From the NCBI GenBank assembly GCA_963727455.1, contig CAVSGG010000005.1, positions 256,001-320,000 on the forward strand: DNA of 64,000 nucleotides, written 5' to 3'. The notes below the pieces were generated by a model. It was not told where the DNA came from and made no database searches. It was given only the letters and a program-made list of their open reading frames with translations. The stretch's first letter is position 1; every line of letters begins with the position of its first letter. A program made the translations under genes and the position numbers. Positions 42,823 through 53,628 of this stretch are shown here, in pieces. This DNA is from Candidatus Krumholzibacteriota bacterium. Its GTDB lineage: Bacteria; Krumholzibacteriota; Krumholzibacteriia; JAJRXK01.

Positions 42823-45641
42823 AACCGCGGGATGACACCAATCCACCGCCGCGCTACTCCGATCGAGAATTCGAGCAGCTCCGCAAAGCCGTGCTAGCGG
42901 CACTGGCGCTTCCCGAGTCGCAGCGAGAGGCCTACCTGAAGCAAGTGCTCGGCAAGGAGGAACTTGTCGCCGACGCGTTGTCATTGTTAGCTTCCGACCC
43001 CGATCGTGCCGATCGGCTTGTCGAGGGCTCCGTCAAATCCGTGCTCGAGGAAGCATTCGATGAGGCCGATCAAACCGCCGACCTTGGTCGGACCTTAGGC
43101 CATTATCAGCTCGAACGCGTTCTGGGGCGTGGGGGAATGGGGATCGTCTATCTGGCGCGCCAACTGCAACCCATCGAACGGAGGGTTGCTCTCAAGATTG
43201 TCAGCAGTGCCGCCACCACACCCTCGATTCTGCGCCGCTTCGAGCTCGAACGACGGCTCCTGGGACAGCTCGACCATCCGAACATCGCCAAGGTGCTCGA
43301 CGCCAGCCAGACGGAGGACGGACGCCCGTACTTCGTTCTGGAGTATGTCGATGGAGTGCCGATCACCGAGTACTGCCGCGATCACGAGCTGAGTCTGCGG
43401 GAGCGATTGGTTCTCTTCCTTCAGGTGTGTCGCGCGGTCGATCACGCCCACCGTAGGGGCATCATCCATCGCGATCTGAAGCCGTCGAACCTCCTCGTGA
43501 GCCAGCAGGACGGCGTTCCCCTGGTCAAGGTGATCGATTTTGGCATTGCGCGTGCGATCGAGGAAGAGAGTGCACTGGCTTCGTTGGCAACGATCGATGG
43601 TCACGTCCTGGGCACCCCACAGTACATGAGTCCGGAGCAGGCGCGCGGCGAGCGCGACCGCATCGATACGCGTTCGGACCTCTATTCCCTGGGAGTCGTC
43701 CTGCATCAGTTGCTTACCGATGTGCTTCCCTACGAGGTCGATACGACCTCCTTGCTGGAGGTCCTGCGGGTGGTGGCCCAGGAGCCGCCCAAGCTCTCCC
43801 GCCAGAGCTTTACCGGCGTCATGTTGCCTTCCGATCTGCGGAACATTCTGGCGAAGGCGCTCGAGAGCGAGCCGGATCGCCGCTACGGCGGAGTTCGCAT
43901 GCTGGCTGACGACATCGAGCGCTATCTGGATCGGCGTCCGGTACTCGCGCGGCGCCCGAGCACCCTGTACAACCTGCGCAAGGTGATCGAGCGCCACCCC
44001 TGGGCCGCGACGGCGCTGATCCTTTTGCTCATCGTTTCGCTGGGATCGGCGATCGCGATGAGCGTGCTGTACCGGGGGCAGGTGGTGGCCCGCAGACACG
44101 AAACGCGTGAGGCCGACAAGTCGGCCGCCGTGCTTCAGTACATGGAGAGCGTGTTTGCCGCCGCGGACCCCGTGGAGGGAGGGCCCGACCAGACGATCGG
44201 GGAACTTCTGGATGGCGCGACCGGCCGCGCGGAGAGAGAGCTGGCCGACCAGCCTCTACTGCGGGCTGCGGTCCTGCGGACCCTGGCCAACTCGCAGGCC
44301 GCGCTGGATCAGTACGATGTCGCCCAGGAAACTCTCGACGGGGCCTTCGATGCCATCGGCGAGGTCGATCCGCCGGATCTACTGGAGGTCGCGCGTCTGG
44401 AGCGCGCCTACGCCGCTCTTGAGGTGAGGCGTGGTCACTTCCAGAGCGCCGTCCAGCACAGCGAAAGGGGCCTGCAAGTCCTCGGCGAAGCTGCGCGCCA
44501 GGATCCAAAAACACGCACGCAGCTTCTCTCGCAGTTGTTTGGGGGGCTGGACTCGGGGAATCGCTTTGCTGAAGCGGAGAGTGTGGCTACGCTGGAAGTC
44601 GACTACACGCGTGTTCATCTCGGAGTAAAAAGTCCAGAGTATGCCCAAGCGCTGTATGACCTGGGCGAAGTCTTGCGCTACACCTCCGGATGGCAGGAGG
44701 CGTTGCCCGTGCTGCGCGAGGCCACCGCCGCGGCGAAAAATGCCTTTGGAGTCGACTCTCCCAAGTTGATCGAGTTCCTGAATCTCCTGGGCGTGGTTAC
44801 GGCGAATGAGAACCCCGAGGAAGCCCTGGCGATTCGGCGGAATGTCCTCGAGCTGGCGGAAAAGACCTACGGACCCAATCACAGTCAGGTGGCAGTCCAA
44901 GCGAACAATATGGCCACGGCCTTGCTCAACGCCCGCCGCTTCGAGGAGGCCGAACCCTACGCTCTCCAGGCATTCGAAATTTGGGAGCACACGAAGGGGC
45001 TACGCCACACCTATTCCATCACTGGACTCGCCAATCTCGGATACCTCTACGCAAACCGCTGCCAGTTCGATCGCGCCCTCGATCGTCTCATGCTCGCGCG
45101 TTCGGTGTGCGATTCCCTGCCGGATGTCGCATTCGACGCCGAATCCAGCGTCTGGGCAAACCTCGGCCTCACGTACTTGGGACTGGGACGATTTCAGGAT
45201 GCCGAAGCGAGTTTCGAACGAGCGCTGGAGATCCAGCGAGCAAGTTTGGGCGAAAAGATAGGGCCTCTGGCGTGGAACCGGAGCAATCTGGGTACGGCCT
45301 ACCTCGAGCTGGGTGAACCCACGAAGGCCCAATCCGAACTCGAGGCGGTCCAGGAGTTCATTGAGACCCGGAAGCGAGTGCAGCTCTGGGGAAGAGTCAA
45401 TCGGCATCGACTCGCGCGCGTCGAGGCCGCTCTTGGCGATTCCGCCCGGGCTCGCAAGGCGATCGAAGAACTGGCTCCTGAGTTACTGCAGGTCGAGCAC
45501 CTGAGCTTCAACTTGAGCTTCGAACTTGCGCGCGGGGCGAATTTGCTGCGGAGCTTGGGTGACGGCGATCTCGCCGAGCGCTACGAAGCGCGCCTGAAGG
45601 ATTCTCCCTGCGCCTGCTTGGACACGCTACTAGCGAAATAA
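42819..45641 (+). CDS. Hanks-type Ser/Thr kinase with TM and C-terminal TPR repeats
   Basis: GRGGMG, VALK, HRDLKPSN, DFG, GTPQYMSPEQ, a TM segment, kinesin-light-chain-like TPRs. TTGA overlap with the ECF stop. Confidence 0.95.
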   Translation: MKPRDDTNPPPRYSDREFEQLRKAVLAALALPESQREAYLKQVLGKEELVADALSLLASDPDRADRLVEGSVKSVLEEAFDEADQTADLGRTLGHYQLERVLGRGGMGIVYLARQLQPIERRVALKIVSSAATTPSILRRFELERRLLGQLDHPNIAKVLDASQTEDGRPYFVLEYVDGVPITEYCRDHELSLRERLVLFLQVCRAVDHAHRRGIIHRDLKPSNLLVSQQDGVPLVKVIDFGIARAIEEESALASLATIDGHVLGTPQYMSPEQARGERDRIDTRSDLYSLGVVLHQLLTDVLPYEVDTTSLLEVLRVVAQEPPKLSRQSFTGVMLPSDLRNILAKALESEPDRRYGGVRMLADDIERYLDRRPVLARRPSTLYNLRKVIERHPWAATALILLLIVSLGSAIAMSVLYRGQVVARRHETREADKSAAVLQYMESVFAAADPVEGGPDQTIGELLDGATGRAERELADQPLLRAAVLRTLANSQAALDQYDVAQETLDGAFDAIGEVDPPDLLEVARLERAYAALEVRRGHFQSAVQHSERGLQVLGEAARQDPKTRTQLLSQLFGGLDSGNRFAEAESVATLEVDYTRVHLGVKSPEYAQALYDLGEVLRYTSGWQEALPVLREATAAAKNAFGVDSPKLIEFLNLLGVVTANENPEEALAIRRNVLELAEKTYGPNHSQVAVQANNMATALLNARRFEEAEPYALQAFEIWEHTKGLRHTYSITGLANLGYLYANRCQFDRALDRLMLARSVCDSLPDVAFDAESSVWANLGLTYLGLGRFQDAEASFERALEIQRASLGEKIGPLAWNRSNLGTAYLELGEPTKAQSELEAVQEFIETRKRVQLWGRVNRHRLARVEAALGDSARARKAIEELAPELLQVEHLSFNLSFELARGANLLRSLGDGDLAERYEARLKDSPCACLDTLLAK

Positions 45642-45674
45642 AATAGACGCGGGCAAGGAAGAGGGGAGAACTGG

Positions 45675-45712
45675 AAAGCCCTGGGGATACCGAATGGCAC
45701 CCCCAGGGCTTT
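45675..45712. terminator. Hairpin between convergent genes
   Basis: 12-bp stem aaagccctgggg/ccccagggcttt. Confidence 0.65.
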
Positions 45713-45731
45713 GCCAAGTGGGGAGAACCCG

Positions 45732-48700
45732 TCAGCGAACCAACGCAACCTTGCGTGTGGCAATACCTTCGGGTGTTTCCAGCCGCACGTAGTAGACTCC
45801 CGAGCTAACCGGTTGTCCGGCTGAGTCCCTTCCGCGCCACACGAACGAGCGCGACCCTGGGTTCAGCACAGCATCAACTACTGTCGCTACCCAACGGCCT
45901 CGAACGTCGTAGATGCGTAGAGAAGTGTGGCCCTGAGTGGCGAGTTCGAACTCCATCGTGAGAAGGGGGTTGAACGGATTCGGATAGGTCTTCAGCTGGA
46001 GCTTCCTGGTGGGAGTCGAGTCCGCAGAGTTCGCAGCGGTCGTCGCATCCGTGACACGCACGAAAGCGTGAGGCTCTGTAGCCGACTTGGCCGCACCGAG
46101 GTAGTAGCCAGTTCCGGCGACCATTGCCTCGGATGTTCCCACGTCGAGGACCACGGTGGCTTCGATCGGTTGTAGGGGGTTGCTCCCCTGGCCGGCCGTT
46201 AACGATTTAGCCTCGTAGTCTCCGAGTTGGGCGTTCCAGCTCCAGATGGTGGCTGCAGCATCGAGTTGAGAACCATTATACGAGGTCCCCACCGCCGTGA
46301 GCTCTCCTCCTTCCTGATTCAGTCGCACGCCACGAGTCGCCATGCCCTCCGCATAGCCATCTGCGACGGGGGGGGGAGTGAGAACCCATTGTTCTGCAGG
46401 TCTGGTCCAAATCACTGGCAGCCGATTGCCGTTCGCGTCGGTGGACCACCCCAGCCACGTGAGGTCAGCGATGTCCACATTTTCGCTGCGGACTCGTCCC
46501 TCGCCACCCGCCAGGGTAGGCAGTTGCGTGAGGGCCCAGCCTCCCTGACCGTCGTCTGACCAGACCACGGGAATAGACTGACCCATCGAGTTTTCTGCCC
46601 ATCCGCCGATGCAATCCACGAGTCCAGTGTTGGTCAACTCTTCTCCGACGGCGGCGCTGTTCGTACCGAAGTCGGGAAGCTGCGTGATGTTGAAAGGTCC
46701 ACTCTCGGGACCATTCCAGATCACGGCACGAGACTGTTCGGCCGCATCCGTAGCGATGCCGACGATGGCCAGATCGCCGCTGGATAGGTAGGCTCCTGCG
46801 AATCCCTGCCCGCGCTGTGATCCCAGTCCGGGGAGAGTCTGCGTCTGCCAGCTCTGTCCCGACCCGACCCAAAGGGTGGGATCATCCGCGCAACCGCACG
46901 CGTCCTCGGAGTATCCGAACAGCGCCAGCTGACCAGAGACGTCGTCATGGAACATCCCCTGCACTGCACCCGCTGACGATATTCCTGGAGTGGACAGAGC
47001 CTGGACCTGCCACTCGGAATCCACAATCTCCCAGACAACGGGTACGACTTGACCGCTGAGGTCGACGCTCCAACCGCCCAGCTGGGGATTCCCATCGTAG
47101 ACGCCCGCGAGCACCGCACTGCTGCCGCCTCCGAGCTCGGGTAGGTTGACGATGGGGCTCGGGGAGCTTCCCGAGCTGGTTCCCGTGCTCTCGTAGCAAC
47201 CGAGATCCACCACCTCTGGGTAGTCAGGAGGATCGGATAGGCCGGTATCCAAGACGCTTGCCACGTCGAGGAATCGATCGTGCTTGGCAAGGTCGAGTGG
47301 CAGACGCTCAGCTGTATCTCCATCCTCGTCTACGTCGGCCGCGTCCGCGGGCACCATCTGGCTGTTGCCAGCGTCGATGTAGGGCGAGATGAGCTGCAAT
47401 CGAAGATCATCGTCCAGAGTACCCGGAGTCCCGTCGGGTCCCGCGGGATCAATGAAATCCGGCGGGGAGGTGAAAATGGACGAGCCGATTCCGGTCCATC
47501 CTCCCAGTACGCAACTGCGATAGACTTCGGGGCTGCCTGCAAGAGTCCGGATCTGTGCCGAAGCATCGATGCCTCCGCTGTCCTCATTGGCCCAAACGAT
47601 ACTGTTCTGAACGATTGGATTTCCACCCATCGAGGACGTTTGGTACAGACCTCCACCCTCGTTCACGGCAAAGTTCCTGGCAATCGTGCAATCGTCGATG
47701 AGAGGATTGGCAGAGGCATCGTTGGTCATGGCGCCGCCGTGCCCGGCGTGATTGCCACTGAAGAGACAACCGGTGTAGACAGGGGCTCCGCCCTCGTTGT
47801 AGACGGCGCCTCCCGTTCCAGCCGTGTTTCCCAGGAACGAACTGTTGACGATGAGTGCGGTGTTGACCTGCAAATTCTCCAGACCTCCTCCGGCCTGCGC
47901 ATTGTTGTGCAAGAACAGACCGTCCACGACGGTCAAATTCGCGCTGTCGTTGTAGATACCGCCGCCCCTACCCGCCGAGTCGTTGTCGATGAATTCACAA
48001 CTAATGAAGTCCGCATCGACACCATCAGTGAGTTCGACGCCGGCCCCATCCGCCCCGGTCGTGTTCTTGCGGAAAGTGCAGCGCACTATGGTGGGTGTGC
48101 CTGTCCCGCGCATAGATGCGCCAGCTCCCCCCCCAATGCGAAGTTCTTGCGGAAGACGCACTGACGTACGGTCGGGCTGCCATCTTTGATAAACAGACCG
48201 CCCCCCGAGTCCCAAGATCCCACCGGCGCGCCGTCAGCATTGCCAGCGACGACGGTGAATCCCTCGAAAATCGCGGTCGCGTCGGTGTTGCTGCCCGTTA
48301 CCACGTGGTAGCAGTTCTCCGCCGCACTGCCGCCGCTGGTGTCGTCATCCAAGAGGTCTCCGCTGAGTATGCTGCGATAGAGAAACAAATTGCGTGCATT
48401 GGGATCTACTGCTCCACAGCCCGCGTAGCTACCTTGGACGCTCACGCCCGATTGAAGCTGAAAGCTGGCCTCACGTGGATCAGCAAGTCCTGCCGTGTCG
48501 GGAGTGTACTTGCCGTCAGCGACGCGGATCGTCATTCCGGGGAGCGCTGCGGCAAGCGCGTCGGTGAGATTCGTAAATGCAGAGCACCAATTCAACCCAT
48601 CGGGTGTGGCACCGATGGCGTGCTTATCGACGTAGAGGGTCGTTGCGGCGCTGAAGCTGAGAGTATAACTGGCCGCAACTTTGGAGACGCTGACATCGGG

Positions 48701-51700
48701 CACCGCACGCCAAACCGCAACGCAGTAGTAGCCGCCCTCGGTGACTCGAACAGTAATCGATTCTTTTGCTCCAGCTCCTCCGAGCCAGCTCGAGCCACTC
48801 GGCATACTCATGGACTTGGAGGAGAACGGAGCGTTGCCCTGATGCAAACTCAGGCCCCAGCTTACGGAACCGGAGTCTCCGACGAGATCGATCACGTGAA
48901 TTCCGGGTTCCAGGTAGACCTCGTGCAGACGGAGAATCGCGCCGTCAGGCATGGGGAAGGGTCCATACGAACCAGCCGGATCGGTTGCCAGCAGGCTCGA
49001 CTCGACCGCCTCGATGTTTACGGGACTGCTGCCGTCTGCTTCTAAGACACCTATATCGAAGTCCCTGGGCGTGGTGAGCCGTGAGTTCACGAGTACGAAG
49101 TCAGACTGTCCAGGGCCCCATCCGGAGAAGGCCAACATCGGTGCGAACCCCGCTTTTGTCCCGGGCAAAACTTCGTGCAAACGGAGATCCACGTCGTCGG
49201 GCGAGAGCACGGCCAGGCCGTACCACTCACCCGTACCCGGTTGGAGCTCCATTCCGTCACAATTGAAGTAGAGTGGGTCTGAAGAAGACAGCGCATCTTC
49301 CCATCCCCCCGTGATCGCTGCTGGAGCGGAGCGTTGCAGGGCCGTGCCGGGAGAAATCGTGGGTGCCGCCCAAGTGTATTGCTCGGCATAGCTGTTGTTG
49401 GTCTCGTCCCCCTCCGGAACGACTCCATTCGGATCAATTCGCAGGCTGAGGGTGTGCCGACCGGAGGAAATCTGCAACGGATTTGGCCAGTTGATGGTGC
49501 TGTAGTCATCGACAGCAATTCCAGGGCTGGATACGGTAAGAATGCTGTTACCGTCAACCAAGCAAGTCACGTCCACTGGATCGGAAGGATTCAACCCCGC
49601 GTTGAAGAGAGAGAGGTTGAAGTATGTAGATGGGCTGTCGCCCACCAGATTCGTGGGGAGTGGCACATTGGTGGGGGTTCCCGACGCGTCGGGCAGCGGT
49701 ACCAATGGTGAATGCCAACCCGTAGGAGGTGCGACGGCAACGAAGTCCCCATCGCTCAGCTGGATGCTCACGTCGTAGTCAATCGTGTTCGCTGCCCCAG
49801 AGGGAAGATCCGCCGGGTCTCTCCACACGACAAGGCAGTTTTGACCCTGTGTCGCCACATCGTAGCTCATTGTGCCGACACCACCAGCTCCCGTGGTGAG
49901 TTCCGTTGCCGCATCCTCCAGACCTCCGGTAGTGAAGCCAGTCGGGATCCAGGCCGCATGCAGCGGGCCACTTCCAGCTGTGATTTCCACCGTTACCGTA
50001 TTCCATCCCACTCGGCTGCTCAGCAATTCGAAGTTCAGCAACTGAATCATCTCACCGTCAGTGAAGGAAAGACTGGCCTTTGTGCTACTGCTGATAATCT
50101 GACTCTCGAGGAACAGAGCCTGATAGTCGCCTGTGCTAGCATGGGAATTGAATATGCCAACGTCCCATGAAGAGGGTGAAGCGGTTACGTACTGGTTGCT
50201 GATCACCGCATCGATCAACCCTGCCGCCCGAGCGCTAGTCCCTTCTGCAGTGAGCCCGAAGCCGTCCTGCTGGCCCGTAGAGGTCGTATACAGTTGACAG
50301 TCGTAATCGTCCTCGTCAGCAGAAGCCCACACCGCTACCGCATTGTAGCCGGATGTTGTGTTGATCCGTAACCCGTCCTGATTCTTCATCGAGTGGGTAT
50401 TGGGGAGTGTGTATTTATTCCATCCTGCATCGGGATCGGGAGGTGCCGAACGCACAACAGGTGAATCTAGGGTGAGAATCGATGGCTCGAACACACGTTG
50501 GATCGCGTAGATATTGTCAAACTCCTGGGGTTCCGGGAGGTTATTTGAGGAATCGAAGTGAACAGAGATCGTGTGTCGCCCCCCTCGGACGAAAATGGGA
50601 CCTTCGTTCAGAGCAACCACTCCACTCATGGCGGGGATATTGCCAATGAGGACGCTTCCTTGCAGGGGGTTTGTGGCTACGCCGTCGACGTAGATAAGAT
50701 CACTGAAGGTTGAGGTTGCCTCATCGCCTTGGTTTCTTGTTGCGACGTTCCAGTAGGTAGCCGCAGCATCGCCGGTGAGAAACTGTGATTCCTGGACTAT
50801 GCCGGAACCAGCGCTCGCATCGTCGCGGAGCACGAGCGGTCCGGTCCAGCCCGCGCCTCCAGGTCCCCAGGTGACATCGGCTGGCAGAGGCTCGCGAATT
50901 TTAAAGGGGCCAACACTGGTGGCTGTCGAAGACCAGTTCCCAGCACGATCGCGAGCTCGAACATTGACCCACCAGAGTCCCGCGCCCAGAATATCGGTCT
51001 GATAGATCACGGCAGCTCCATCCCATACCAGATCGACCGTCTTGTCTGGAAGATCGGGATTATCTTTAGAAGTCGAGATGCTGTAACCGTATGGGCCAGA
51101 GTAGTCGTCGTTGGAATCTGGCCAATTCAGATCGATCCTGGGGTTTGCAGAGTCCACTCCAACTTCATGGCTCGTTGAAACCACCGTGGTCGGAGGATCT
51201 GGAGGCGTGGTGTCGAGATTCGTGTACCCGTTGTTGTCGGCGGTACGCCAGACGTAGGAGTCAGTGCCAAAGCGGGCTCGATAATCATCCAAGAAAGCCA
51301 CCATCCTATGTGGGTCATCCTCGGCAACTGTCTCGAGTATGTTGTCAGGAGAGACAGCGATTTGGTCCCCCCATGTAGTACCTGATTCCTCGTTGGAGTC
51401 CCAGAGATCCTGCAAGATGGCCGCCGAATAGCCTTCGATCTTCTTCGGATGATCTGGCGAAGGCTCGTTCGGGTCAGTACAGCTACCCAAATACTCGTAG
51501 TCCCGAGTTCCCGAATAGGGCTCACCGTAGTCTGCTTCAAAGGAATCATGAATCACGCGTGCGAACCAATCCGGAAAACCCTCGCTCCAAGCAATAAGAG
51601 CGTCTTCTTCGCACCAAAGACAGTGGCCACCGGAACCTCCGGTATCGCAGGGATCGCTCTCGTCGCAGATATCATTGCAGTAGTCCGGCTCGTTCTGCCA

Positions 51701-52801
51701 CGAATAGTTCTCGATCCAGTGGTGACCGAGCTCGTGCAGAATCGTATCCTTGGCAAAGCCATCGAAGGAGTGAATATGGAGTTTTCCATTTCGATAGAAC
51801 GAGACTTCTTTGGAGTCATCGGGCCACTTGATCGTGGCATCACTGACCGTATAGCCGCCGTGCGCGGAAAGCCAGGCCTGTGCACGATCTACTGTCGTAA
51901 GGATGTGCAACGCTGCGTTTATATCTTCCTCTTCAGGCCCGAGCTCTCCGAGGTCGAGATCGGTGCCGTCGAAATTCCGTTCGACGGAAGTTTTCCACTT
52001 GTAAAGGCCCCTTGACCAGGCGCCATCCTTGACCTTGAAAGTTGAATTCTCGCAACGAAACTGAACTCGAATGTCCGGTTCCGTTCCGAGCACGCTAGTC
52101 CAGTCGAAGGATGCGGAGAAATAGCCGTCCTTGTCGGTCGTCGTCTCAGCGCGGATCGTGTCGTAAAGCGTATTGTGTTCGAGAATGCGCACCGTGACCC
52201 CATAGGCTCCGGCGTCAGTAGTGACCGTTTCGGGCTCGTAGTAGACAAGTCGTCCGCGCACGGTCACCGATCGAGAATGTTTCGATGAAATTTTCTGTTG
52301 GTACTGATCTGGTGATGCTTTAGCGGGGCCAAAAGGATCTTGTGTTTCCAAGGACGAGGAGGGAAGGCCGCTGGAGGGTGACAACTGGATAAGGGGCTGA
52401 TCGAAGGCGACGCGCCGGTACGCTTTCATAGAGAGATCCAGAGCCCTATAGACGTTACGGCCGTCGAGAGTGAAATGTACGACGAGCGGTTGAGAAGGGT
52501 CGACAGGCACGACCGAGATGTTGATCTCGAGCGTTTCCCCCGGCTGGAGGGTGACGCTCGAAGGAGCATCGTCGCTCGGCGAGGACCACCCCTGATCCGA
52601 GAGACTGAAGTTCTCGATGGTTCCGCCGTTGAAGGCCTGGATGGATAGTTTGGCTTCGAAGGGCTGACCAACGACCGCAGGCTTTGGATCGCCAAGCAGT
52701 CCGACTTCCACAGGCGCCCCGACGTCGGCCCGGGCGGAAGGGAGCGGCACGATGGATGCGAAAACGAGAACGAGAAGGAGAACTGTGCTCGTGCGTTTCA
52801 T
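45732..52801 (-). CDS. Giant (~2350 aa) secreted modular protein: zincin, 2x CARDB-containing repeat, beta-helix, HAF-like propeller, FlgD-Ig (single frameshift at G8 run 48127-48134)
   Basis: Signal peptide, LHELGHH...WSEG, CARDB (PEGDETNN), pectin-lyase-like repeats (N.A..GG), SPYIDAG...VDLGCYE, YPNPFNP...SSGVY. One extra G joins ORFs 48086..52858 and 45732..48215. Confidence 0.85.
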
Positions 52802-53244
52802 CGCTGCTCCTCCCTGCTTTCGTCTCCCACGCCTTGGATGTGAAGGCCCGTAGCCCAATTCTGGTAGGAATCCTGCAGCACCGCAGTTTTCGTCTCGATC
52901 TTTTGCGCCGCCTGGTTGTGGCCTAGTGAACGCAGGAGTTCGACTTGATGCCCCTGTGCTCCGATCTCGATTTGGAGTTTTGCGGCTTCGATCTGTTTCT
53001 GATACTTGAGAGCCTCGGCCCGATCGATGGTTGCACCAGCTTTTTGGTTCAGCTGGCGGATATGCTCGTGTTCCAGGGATATCATTTGATGGAGCCCAGC
53101 TCTGGCTCCGATCCTGACTTGAGCGACTGCGGTATGTGAAATGGAATTGGATGACGAGTCCGCGCTCTCACTCCACGCCACCGACACAACCACTGCTAAG
53201 ATTGCGAGCGCAAGAAATAGTAGCCTCCGAAGCCCGATGTTCAT
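52798..53244 (-). CDS. Small secreted helical hypothetical protein, translationally coupled to the giant gene
   Basis: RBS AGGAGG, signal peptide, coiled-coil-like QKQIEAAKLQIEI, ATGA overlap at 52798-52801. Confidence 0.7.
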   Translation of the reverse strand: MNIGLRRLLFLALAILAVVVSVAWSESADSSSNSISHTAVAQVRIGARAGLHQMISLEHEHIRQLNQKAGATIDRAEALKYQKQIEAAKLQIEIGAQGHQVELLRSLGHNQAAQKIETKTAVLQDSYQNWATGLHIQGVGDESREEQR

Positions 53245-53628
53245 GGGATTCCTCCTGATGAGAATGTTCTGTACTCTGTGGGGGACCAAGTAGACGAGGG
53301 TGCATCGTCAAGGCCGCGCTAGGGCAGGTCAGCGTGAGGCGCGAGCGCAGGACGATCGATGCATCGTCATACATGTGAGTAAGCGACGTTTCGGGTGTCG
53401 AGTTTGCAGAGGAAAATCACGAGTGGAGCTCGGCAAAGGGAAGAGGTGGCTGCAAGCACTTGCCGTTAGAGCAGTTGCATATACGAGGACCAGATAGGAC
53501 ACTTCCTGTCTGTCGTGAGAATTTCCCCCGTTCGAGCTGAGCTCAGAGCGGCATTGGACCTCCGCCCTGCCAAGTCCTACATTGGCCGCGCGTTGATCCC
53601 AAACACCTTATCTGAGGGAAGGACGGCC

